Assembly: GCF_000012925.1 (NCBI RefSeq) | Contig: NC_007517.1 | Span: forward strand, 1,140,001-1,172,000 | DNA: 32,000 bases | Direction of reading: 5' to 3' | From: Geobacter metallireducens GS-15 | GTDB taxonomy: Bacteria > Desulfobacterota > Desulfuromonadia > Geobacterales > Geobacteraceae | Shown here: one piece after another, positions 17,934-25,382 of the stretch | Layout of the letters: the number at the start of each line of letters is the position of its first letter | Position numbering within the stretch: the stretch's first letter is position 1 | Notes under the pieces: model-generated | The model's database searches: none | What the model was told of the DNA's origin: nothing | What the model saw: the letters and a program-made list of their open reading frames with translations, nothing else | Made by a program: the position numbers and the translations under genes

Positions 17934-17957
17934 AAATTGGTACTTAAATACCAATTT
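17934..17957. promoter_or_regulatory. Perfect 9-bp inverted repeat (candidate operator) over the -10 box
   Basis: AAATTGGTA-cttaaa-TACCAATTT. Confidence 0.45.
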
Positions 17958-17973
17958 AGGGGATGCGTGTCAA
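17945..17973 (-). promoter_or_regulatory. Sigma-70 promoter candidate driving the riboswitch-porin transcript
   Basis: Minus strand TTGACA - 17 nt - TATTTA. Confidence 0.5.
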
Positions 17974-18037
17974 CTGATAAAATGAAATATGCTGATTATT
18001 ACCAAACGGAAGGGGTCTGTTCAGACGTTATGACGGT

Positions 18038-18880
18038 TCATTCCCCCACCGCCGCCAGTGGCGGTTCCAGCAGCACCTCGTCGAATTCCATGTGGAGGAG
18101 GTTCACGTAGATCATCCGGTGGCGGAGCGATTCCCCCTCACCCAAGAGGATCTTGCAGGCTTCTGCCACCTGGAGGCTTGCCACCACCGCCGGGGTGAAG
18201 GAGGGGTTGCCGAGCTGCGATTCAACTCCCTTCGGCTCCGACCAGTTGCCGAAGAGGGATGGGACGATGTCGTCCCCGGGAAGTTGGGAGGCCACTTGCC
18301 CGTACCAGCCGCCTATGGCGCCATGCACGAGGGGAATGGAAAGCCCTCGGCAGCATTCCGCCAGTTCAATGCGTGTGGCGATGCTGTCCAGGCCGTCCAT
18401 CACCACATCGGACCCCGCCAGTATCCCTTGACCGTTTTCCCGGGAAAATGAAAGCTGAAGCGGGGTAACGGTGACCGCAGGGTTGATCTCACCGACGCGC
18501 GCCGCGGCGACCTCAACCTTTGGATGGCCGAGGAAGGCAGGGGAGGAAAGGATCTGGCGGTTCAGGTTGTGCTCCTCGAAGATGTCGGGGTCCACCACCA
18601 CGAGGTTTCCCACCCCGAGGCGGGCCAGTTCCTCGATCAGGTACCCTCCGAGGCCGCCGCTGCCGATGATGACCGCACAGCTACGGCAGAGGCGGAGCTG
18701 GTTGCCGACGGTGATGGTCTGGCGGTTGCGCTGGTAGCGAGCCGGCATGATGCCCTGTTCGAGAGCCGCCTCCTCCACGCGGCCGAGGGTGAGGCCGAAC
18801 CGCTCGGCGGCCTCCACCTGGGCCGTCCAGGGAAAAAGGCCCGCTGGCGCCGCTGCCGTGATGAAGTCGTACAGCTCCAT
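18038..18880 (-). CDS. ThiF/MoeB/HesA-family E1-like adenylyltransferase
   Basis: Rossmann motif IIGSGGLGGYLIEELARLGVGNLVVVDPDIFEEHNLNRQ. The ATG lies 1 nt after the MoaD stop codon. Confidence 0.85.
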   Translation of the reverse strand: MELYDFITAAAPAGLFPWTAQVEAAERFGLTLGRVEEAALEQGIMPARYQRNRQTITVGNQLRLCRSCAVIIGSGGLGGYLIEELARLGVGNLVVVDPDIFEEHNLNRQILSSPAFLGHPKVEVAAARVGEINPAVTVTPLQLSFSRENGQGILAGSDVVMDGLDSIATRIELAECCRGLSIPLVHGAIGGWYGQVASQLPGDDIVPSLFGNWSEPKGVESQLGNPSFTPAVVASLQVAEACKILLGEGESLRHRMIYVNLLHMEFDEVLLEPPLAAVGE

Positions 18881-18881
18881 C

Positions 18882-19106
18882 TTACCCCCCTCCTACGAGG
18901 GGGAACAGCGACAGGGTATCACCCTCGAACAGCCGATGGTCCAGTTTGGCGTGCCGGCTATTGACCAGGACGATGCCCACGTCCTTTTCCGGGATCTTCA
19001 GCTCGCCGGCGATGTCCGCCGGGGTAATCCCATCCCGGTATTTATAGGTGCCCGCGGCGAAACGCCCGACACGGAACATGGCGAACAGTTTTACGGTGAT
19101 CTCCAT
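18882..19106 (-). CDS. moaD: MoaD/ThiS-family sulfur-carrier protein (74 aa, C-terminal GG)
   Basis: GGGGAGGAG RBS. MEITVKLFAMFR...GDTLSLFPLVGGG stop. Confidence 0.8.
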   Translation of the reverse strand: MEITVKLFAMFRVGRFAAGTYKYRDGITPADIAGELKIPEKDVGIVLVNSRHAKLDHRLFEGDTLSLFPLVGGG

Positions 19107-19147
19107 TGCGCTCCTCCCCACGGCCCCTTGGCCTTGCATTGGTAAAG

Positions 19148-19174
19148 GGCGCGGACACGGGAGGTGTCCGCGCC
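19148..19174 (-). other. Intercistronic 11-bp GC hairpin between aor and moaD
   Basis: GGCGCGGACAC-gggag-GTGTCCGCGCC. On the minus strand it is followed by CUUUACC. Confidence 0.4.
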
Positions 19175-19180
19175 GGCGTT

Positions 19181-20911
19181 TCAGAAGTTCCAGAATTCGT
19201 CGATCTCGGCGTCGCTGAAATCCCAGACGGCGTTGTGGGGCGCCACCGGCTCGCTCTTGAAGAACTCCGGCAGGCGGTCGTGCTCACTGGTGAACCCGGC
19301 CGCGATGTTGAACTGCCGCTCGGTCTTCAGGATATATTTCCCCAGGTTGGTCACGTCGTCGCCGGTGAGGCTGATGCCGAAACGGGCGTTGATCATGTCG
19401 ATCAAGGCCGGCAGGCACTCGGGGATATCAAGGGCCGGAAAGGCGACGAAGATGCACATCCCCGTGGAATCCACCGCTGCCGTGGCGATCTGGAGGTTGC
19501 GGGAAAGCTCCACCTGGCCGTCCTTCTTCAGCGGGTCCACGAACCCCCCCACGTTGAGGATGTTGGTGGCGATTGTGTAGCCGGCGGTGTGGTCGGCCCC
19601 CATGGTGCTGGTGGCGTAGGTGATGCCGATCCCCTTCACCGACCGGGGGTCGTAGGCCGGGATGCCCTGGTTCTTAACCACCGGTACCCGGGTGACGCCG
19701 TAGGCCTTGCCCACTGAGCCGGCGCCGCCGCCGAGGATGCGGCCCAACGCGGTCCCCTTGGCAATCTCTTCTTCGAGCAGCCGGATGATCCCCTTGCCGT
19801 CGCCGAAGGGGAGGATGCCCGCCTCCATGGCAACGCCGAACATGACGGCGGTCTCGATGGAGTCGATGCCGATGTCGTCCATGAGGTTGTCGGCCCTGGC
19901 GATGTCGTCCAGGTTGTCGACGCAGCAGTCTGCGCCGAGCCCCCAGATGGTCTCGTACTCGAAGCCGGAGGTGACGTATTTCCCCTCCTTGTCGTGGTAG
20001 ACCTGGGAACACTGGATGATGCAACCGGCGTGGCAGCCGTGCTTGGTTTTTCCGCCGCGGGCAGCGATGGTCTCGTGCAAGGTCTCGCCGGAGATCTTGT
20101 CGTGGCTGTCGAACTGTCCCGCGGTGAAGTTACGGGTCGGCAGTCCCCCTGCCTCGTGGAGGATGTTCACCAGGACGTTGGTGCCATAGGTGGGGAGCCC
20201 TTCGCCGCTCACCGGGTGGTCCAGGAGCGCCTTGGCAAAGGCCCGGGAGGCGGTCCTGAATTTCTCCGGATCGGCGATCGGCACCTTGGGGGCCCCCTCG
20301 TCGTTGATGGAGATGAACTTGATCTTCTTGGAGCCCATGACGGCCCCCAACCCCCCGCGGCCGTGGCTGCGGATCTTGCTGTCCGGGTCCTTGACGGAGA
20401 TGTTGGCTGCGGTCATCTTCAGCTCGCCGGCCGGACCGATGGTGAGGATGCCGGTCTTCTTCCCGAGGCGGGCCTCAAGGGCCTCGATGACGGCGAAATT
20501 CCCTTTCCCCACCAGTTCCGTTTCTTCCTGAACGGCCACCCCGTCCATGGAGACGTGGAGGCTGTACCAGGTATCGGCCTTGGGGATTCCCTCGATGATC
20601 AGCGCCTTGATACCGAGGCGGGCGAGCATCTGGGCCGCGGTGCCTCCGGCGTTGCTTTCCTTGATGGTGCCGGTCAGGGGGCTCTTGGCCCCGGCCGAGA
20701 GGCGGCCCGAGTTGGCGGCCGGCGTTCCGGTCAGGAGTCCCGGGGCGAAGACAAGTTTGTTGCTGGGGCCCAGGGGGTGACAGGTGGGGGGGACCTCTGC
20801 GGCAACGATGGTCGAGGTCAGGCCGCGGCCGCCAAGCCCCGCCCATTCAGCGGGGACCGCCTCGATCCTGGTGCTCAGGTCGGCCATGTTTACGCGGATT
20901 ATCTTATCCAT
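19181..20911 (-). CDS. aor: Tungsten-containing aldehyde:ferredoxin oxidoreductase
   Basis: 576 aa. N-terminus MDKIIRVNM...GLGGRGL...GLLTGT.A..SGR...AKSPLTG. Internal CHAGCIIQC cluster region and GADH..GY pterin-binding blocks. Confidence 0.95.
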   Translation of the reverse strand: MDKIIRVNMADLSTRIEAVPAEWAGLGGRGLTSTIVAAEVPPTCHPLGPSNKLVFAPGLLTGTPAANSGRLSAGAKSPLTGTIKESNAGGTAAQMLARLGIKALIIEGIPKADTWYSLHVSMDGVAVQEETELVGKGNFAVIEALEARLGKKTGILTIGPAGELKMTAANISVKDPDSKIRSHGRGGLGAVMGSKKIKFISINDEGAPKVPIADPEKFRTASRAFAKALLDHPVSGEGLPTYGTNVLVNILHEAGGLPTRNFTAGQFDSHDKISGETLHETIAARGGKTKHGCHAGCIIQCSQVYHDKEGKYVTSGFEYETIWGLGADCCVDNLDDIARADNLMDDIGIDSIETAVMFGVAMEAGILPFGDGKGIIRLLEEEIAKGTALGRILGGGAGSVGKAYGVTRVPVVKNQGIPAYDPRSVKGIGITYATSTMGADHTAGYTIATNILNVGGFVDPLKKDGQVELSRNLQIATAAVDSTGMCIFVAFPALDIPECLPALIDMINARFGISLTGDDVTNLGKYILKTERQFNIAAGFTSEHDRLPEFFKSEPVAPHNAVWDFSDAEIDEFWNF

Positions 20912-20953
20912 GAACTGATTGCTCCCTTTCTATAGATAGCGTTTCTCATTGAT

Positions 20954-21050
20954 GGTTCTCCTTTCCGAAAGGGAGGCGCCGCCGTTTCCGGCGGCACCCG
21001 GTGGCCCTGGGCCGTGAGGTTTCCCTGTTAGGCTTGCAGGCTCGGAGAGT
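20954..21050 (-). promoter_or_regulatory. Moco/Tuco riboswitch aptamer, copy 1
   Basis: Minus strand ACUCUCCGAGCCUGCAAGCC...GGGAAACCUCACGG...GCCGCCGGAAACGGCGGC-GCCUCCC-UUUCGG-AAAGGAG, directly upstream of aor. Confidence 0.72.
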
Positions 21051-21194
21051 GTTGGTTGTTATCTGCAACTATTACGGGTGTCGAATTCGTGCAAGGCCAA
21101 GGCGTCCGAGTGATGCCGCGGAGGCGTAGCAGCGCTACGCCGCACAAGAGCATCGCGAAGGGCAACGCCGGGATTGCGCGAAAGCGGCAGCCGT

Positions 21195-22358
21195 CTACAT
21201 CGCCGCTTTGAAGATGCCGATCACTTGCTCCAAGGTCGCCTTGCGCGGGTTGGTCAGCTGGCAGGCGTCTTTCTTGGCGTTCTCGGCCATGACCTTCAGG
21301 TCCTCTTCTTTCACGTTCAGCTCCTTGAGGCCGGCCGGGATGCCGATGGCCGCCGAGAGCTTGCGGATGGCGGCAATGGCCTTGGCGGCGGCATCCAGGG
21401 GGGCAAGGCCGGTGATGTCTTCGCCCAGGGCCACGGCAATGTCGGCGTACCGCTTCGGGCAGGCGATGGCGTTGAATTCGGAAACCGCCGGCAGCAGGAT
21501 GGCGTTGCAGACCCCGTGGGGGAGGTTGTAGAAGCCCCCCAACTGGTGGGCCATGGAGTGGACGTAGCCGAGGCTCGCGTTGTTGAATGCCATGCCGGCC
21601 AGGTACTCGGCGTAGGCCATCCGGTCCCGGGCTTCCAGGTTGTCGCCGTTAGCCACGGCCGGGCTCAGGTACTCGGCGATCAGCTTGATGGCCTGGAGGG
21701 CGCAGGCGTCGGTGATGGGGGTGGCGATGGTGGAGACGTAGGCCTCGACCGCGTGGGTGAGGGCGTCCATGCCGGTGGCGGCGGTGAGGGGCGCGGGCTT
21801 GCCGAGCATGAGGACCGGGTCGTTGATGGCGATGTTCGGGGTGCAGCGCCAGTCGACAATGGCCATCTTCACGTGGGTGTCAGTGTTGGTGATGATGCAG
21901 AAGCGGGTCATCTCCGAGGCGGTGCCGGCAGTGGTGTTGATGGCGACGAAGGGGGGCATCGGCTTCGTGGATTTGTTAACCCCTTCGAAATCGCGGATGT
22001 GGCCGCCGTTGCCGATCACGAGGCCCACCCCCTTGGCGCAGTCGTGGGAGCTGCCGCCGCCGAGGGAGATGATGGAGTCGCAGCCGTTCTCCTGATAGAC
22101 CTTGACGCCGTCGTGGACGTTGGTGTCGGTGGGGTTCGGCTCGGCGCCGTCGAAGATGACGACCGCGACGCCGGCAGCCTCAACCTGCTGTTTGATCTGG
22201 TCGGCCATCCCCATGGCCGAGATCCCCTTGTCGGTCACCAGGAGCGCCTTCCGGGCGCCCAGCGCCTTTACCTGCGCGCCGGTCTCCTTGGAGGAGCCGA
22301 CCCCCATGAGCGTAACGGTGGGAATGAAGAATCCGAAAGTCTGATCTGCCAGTGCCAT
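21195..22358 (-). CDS. Iron-containing (group III) alcohol dehydrogenase, paralog 1
   Basis: AAGGAGGAA RBS before MALADQTF. GGGSSHDCAKG, TTAGTASE and TGMDALTHAVE..., HSMAHQLG, LPHGVCNA metal-binding blocks. Confidence 0.92.
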   Translation of the reverse strand: MALADQTFGFFIPTVTLMGVGSSKETGAQVKALGARKALLVTDKGISAMGMADQIKQQVEAAGVAVVIFDGAEPNPTDTNVHDGVKVYQENGCDSIISLGGGSSHDCAKGVGLVIGNGGHIRDFEGVNKSTKPMPPFVAINTTAGTASEMTRFCIITNTDTHVKMAIVDWRCTPNIAINDPVLMLGKPAPLTAATGMDALTHAVEAYVSTIATPITDACALQAIKLIAEYLSPAVANGDNLEARDRMAYAEYLAGMAFNNASLGYVHSMAHQLGGFYNLPHGVCNAILLPAVSEFNAIACPKRYADIAVALGEDITGLAPLDAAAKAIAAIRKLSAAIGIPAGLKELNVKEEDLKVMAENAKKDACQLTNPRKATLEQVIGIFKAAM

Positions 22359-22467
22359 GTGTACTTCCTCCTTGTTGGTGTGTGGCGTTCTGCCACTGCG
22401 GTGGAAACTTTCTCTGTTCAACCTGCCAGTTGTCATACGGTTTTTTAGAACGGCTGTTTGTGACTAA

Positions 22468-22483
22468 GGCAAGCCGCATACCA
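22468..22483 (-). promoter_or_regulatory. Sigma-54 promoter candidate for adh paralog 1
   Basis: Minus strand TGGTATGCGGCTTGCC (GG-N10-GC spacing), ~110 nt upstream of the ATG. Confidence 0.55.
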
Positions 22484-22780
22484 AATTTGGAGGGGTAGGG
22501 GATGTGTGGTGGCAATGTATTGAATTCGCAGCAATAATTGAATCTTGAGGTTGGCTTTGGTGGGCAAGTCGAGGATGTGGCTCTACGTTAACGCCGTTCT
22601 GAATTGGTGCAGGCTCGCGTTCTGTTCTGGAACGGTTGTGATGTTATGGAACACCACGCCCCCCTGCCATCTCGCTGGTGCTCCCTTTGGTCGTTCGCCG
22701 GCAGCAAATTAAAAAAGCCTCGGCAGTCGCCGGCTTGGCTTCATTTTCGCCGGAAACCGGCCCCTGTCCCGTGGGGCTAT

Positions 22781-22795
22781 TGGTACTGAACTTGC
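22781..22795 (+). promoter_or_regulatory. Sigma-54 promoter candidate facing the RHH gene
   Basis: TGGTACTGAACTTGC with correct spacing, 75 nt upstream of the ATG at 22870. Confidence 0.45.
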
Positions 22796-22869
22796 CACTA
22801 CCTGTCGCAGGTTGTCTGAGAAACACCGGCGAGGCCGGATGCAGTCATTTCATGGTCAGGAGGTGAATA

Positions 22870-23094
22870 ATGGGAAAACCGGTCAGCGTGAACCCCAAGC
22901 CGACGGTCATATCGGTACGGGTCACCGACGATCAGATGGAGGAGATCCGGCGGCTCATGGAAAAGAAGAAGATGAGCGCCTCGGATATCATGCGCGAGGC
23001 GTTCTGTTCATTCGTGGAAAATGCGGAACAAAGGCGAATGGATGCCATCCGGGCTGCGGCTCTGAAGTACACCGAAGCCCGCGGGGAGGCCTGA
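22870..23094 (+). CDS. Ribbon-helix-helix (CopG/MetJ-like) DNA-binding protein
   Basis: AGGAGG RBS. PTVISVRVTDDQMEEIRRLMEKKKMSASDIMREAF fits a beta-strand/helix/helix RHH pattern. Confidence 0.7.
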   Translation: MGKPVSVNPKPTVISVRVTDDQMEEIRRLMEKKKMSASDIMREAFCSFVENAEQRRMDAIRAAALKYTEARGEA

Positions 23095-23134
23095 TCCGGA
23101 ACGTGCCGCCGACCCGCCGGCGAACCGGTTTCTG

Positions 23135-23180
23135 AAAAAAACCGCTCCTGTCTGCTTAGGGCCGACGGAGCGGTTTTTTT
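23135..23180 (+). terminator. Intrinsic terminator
   Basis: ACCGCTCC - 18 nt - GGAGCGGT followed by T7 and preceded by A6. Confidence 0.75.
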
Positions 23181-23228
23181 ATGGGCTGTTGTGGTGTACA
23201 CTGATGCCAGACGACAAGGGAGGTTCCC

Positions 23229-23438
23229 ATGCTGCTGGAACAATTGGTTGAACAGGCCGCGCAGCCTCCGAAGTACGACTGGGATGCCTACTATCGCTGG
23301 CTGTTCAGCACCCTCGCTGGCCGGGAAGTCACCAGCTTTGCTTTCTGGCAGTGCCCCCACTGTCTCACCATCAACTTTTTCCTCCCTGCGCAGCGGTACG
23401 GGAAGTGCCGCGGGTGCGACCTGATTCACCTTCCCTAG
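23229..23438 (+). CDS. Small zinc-ribbon hypothetical protein (69 aa)
   Basis: GGGAGG RBS. CPHC...CRGC four-Cys pattern in the C-terminal half. Confidence 0.5.
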   Translation: MLLEQLVEQAAQPPKYDWDAYYRWLFSTLAGREVTSFAFWQCPHCLTINFFLPAQRYGKCRGCDLIHLP

Positions 23439-23681
23439 TTTTTCTGTCAATCGGCAGTGTGACAGACAGCGTGCGGTCTTTCTCTTCAAGCAGTGGGGCG
23501 GTTGGGGGGTTCGACGGGAAGAAGGGGGAAAAGGAGGATGGGAAGTGTTGATGGGAAGGACGTGGGACGGGGTGCCGACTCAGCCCGCGAATTGCCAGAT
23601 ACAGAGTCTGACGTCGTAGCTTCCCTTAGCCGGTTTAAGGGGATTAAGTAAAAACAGTCCTCGGAATTCCTCCCTGTTTTC

Positions 23682-25382
23682 CTATCTTCCGAACTGCACC
23701 CCAAGCAACTTATTTTCCGGCTTATCCCCCCGCAAAGTTACAGCAATGGTTTGACATAACTGCTCCCACTCTAGATCACTCAGATATTCCTTCATCGCCT
23801 CAAAATTTTCAGTGTTAATGGATGCTACGTACTGTTTACCATTTGCTGCCGCCGTTGCCACAGCGTTGGTAAACCAGGCGGCACGCGGTTTAGGATCCAT
23901 ATGAGCGAACAGCCGGTTGTCATGCCAGAGAAGGCCGCAATTGTGATTTGCCCCGTTTAGAAGGATAGTCCAGTCGAAACATACGACCTTGGCCGCATTA
24001 ATTCCGTCAGAATCATCACCATCGATTTCGACTGTCAAATTGTACCGAAGCTGATTGTCGCCAGTGTTGGCCTCAAGAATGATACCTGCCGGTGTCCGAG
24101 GATAAAGTAGCTCTGCCAGCGCTGAGAAGTTTTTATCAGCCTGCATCAAAGGCTCAGATTCGGCATAACTCGCCGCGACCCGATCCTCTGCTACCATGTC
24201 CTCCTTGATGTTCTGCACCTTCTTCTGAAGGGTGTTAGCAAAGTCCAGAAATTCACCGAGCCGCTCTCGCTCACCCTCGTACCGTGCAAGCTGTTGGGCC
24301 AAGGCAGCGTATTCATCCAGCGCCCTCTTCCCTTGCAGCGATGCAAGCAGTTGATCCCGCCTTTCGCCTATGGCATTGCGTCTGGACTCGAGATCGTTCA
24401 CCCGAGCAGCCAGTCGGGCTCTATCACCCTCAAGGCGGATTTTCCGATTAAAGGAGAGTGAGTTGTGGAAGGCTTCCACGGCTTCAAAATGGGCCAACAT
24501 TTCCGGCCTGAAAACCTCTTGCAGTCCGGCATAAAGTTCGATCAACTCGTCTTTACTAATATCCGGTTGATTGGTCAGCGCCTTATTGATACCGTCGATT
24601 TGAAACCCACAGATGGCAATCTGCTTCTCGATTTCCCTTAGATCGCTGGTGAGGCTGTTTGTCTCTATCTCAATGGCTCGGTAATCCTCTGCCACACGGA
24701 ATTTGGCAAGGTCCGCCCTAATTCGGAGAATTTCTTTATCTAGCCATTCAGCCCGCACCTTCGGCTGGCTTCCAGCTCTGAACATGTCCCGTAGAACATG
24801 GTCTGTGTCCCAAGTTTTCAGGCTCTTCTTCAGTTCATCGATCCGGTTCTTGTGGGATTTTTTTGCGGCAACAAGATGGCAGTCTCCTCCGAGCAGGTAG
24901 AGGCTGCGTAACAGACCATCAAAATCAGATTCTTTGAAAGTGACGATAGGATCGACACAATCTTTGAGATGGCGTCGTCCGAACCTAGTAAACAGTGAAC
25001 GGAATGTTAGTCCAGGTAGATCAGGAACGAGGCGGAAGACCCCTGATGCATTAAGCCATTCCAGAAGTTTCTTATGGGAAATCTTCCTTTCATCAAGTGC
25101 CAATTTCTTCCCGTCCGCGCTCCGTTCGATCAAGTGATCCTGTCCATCGATGCTGAATTCGAGTGAGAAAACCCATTCTGGGATGCTAGCTTTAAGTTTG
25201 TGGTCGAGCGTTGCGCCGAGGCAGTGATGTACCAGTTTCAGGGCGAGGGTCTTCCCGACGCCGTTACTGCTCCCTTCCTGGCGGTCAGGCGAACTGTCCC
25301 CGACAATAAGGTTCAGGCCGTCTGGATTGAACGGAATCGAGTGAAAAGATTTTTGATTGGCGGAAAGCTGGATAAGTTTCAT
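23682..25382 (-). CDS. ABC/SMC-type coiled-coil ATPase (DUF2326/YydD-like; ABC-3C system ATPase)
   Basis: Start taken at MKLIQLSANQ (ATGA overlap with the upstream gene). LNLIVG + 10-aa insert + SNGVGKT P-loop. ~250-aa heptad-rich central region. C-terminal DSDGINAAK (signature-like) and GLLWHDNRLFAHMD (Walker B/D-loop-like). Confidence 0.85.
   Translation of the reverse strand: MKLIQLSANQKSFHSIPFNPDGLNLIVGDSSPDRQEGSSNGVGKTLALKLVHHCLGATLDHKLKASIPEWVFSLEFSIDGQDHLIERSADGKKLALDERKISHKKLLEWLNASGVFRLVPDLPGLTFRSLFTRFGRRHLKDCVDPIVTFKESDFDGLLRSLYLLGGDCHLVAAKKSHKNRIDELKKSLKTWDTDHVLRDMFRAGSQPKVRAEWLDKEILRIRADLAKFRVAEDYRAIEIETNSLTSDLREIEKQIAICGFQIDGINKALTNQPDISKDELIELYAGLQEVFRPEMLAHFEAVEAFHNSLSFNRKIRLEGDRARLAARVNDLESRRNAIGERRDQLLASLQGKRALDEYAALAQQLARYEGERERLGEFLDFANTLQKKVQNIKEDMVAEDRVAASYAESEPLMQADKNFSALAELLYPRTPAGIILEANTGDNQLRYNLTVEIDGDDSDGINAAKVVCFDWTILLNGANHNCGLLWHDNRLFAHMDPKPRAAWFTNAVATAAANGKQYVASINTENFEAMKEYLSDLEWEQLCQTIAVTLRGDKPENKLLGVQFGR

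Noticed and set aside
22604-22866. Three overlapping 60-62-aa ORFs upstream of the RHH gene
   Set aside because: They have no RBS, they mutually overlap on both strands and their composition is atypical. The region is better explained as regulatory DNA (sigma-54 box at 22781).
23515-23570. ~55-nt purine-rich (G/A) tract between the Zn-ribbon gene and the ATPase gene end
   Set aside because: No repeating unit, no flanking inverted repeats and no ORF with an RBS. It is noted only as a compositional oddity at a possible island sub-junction.
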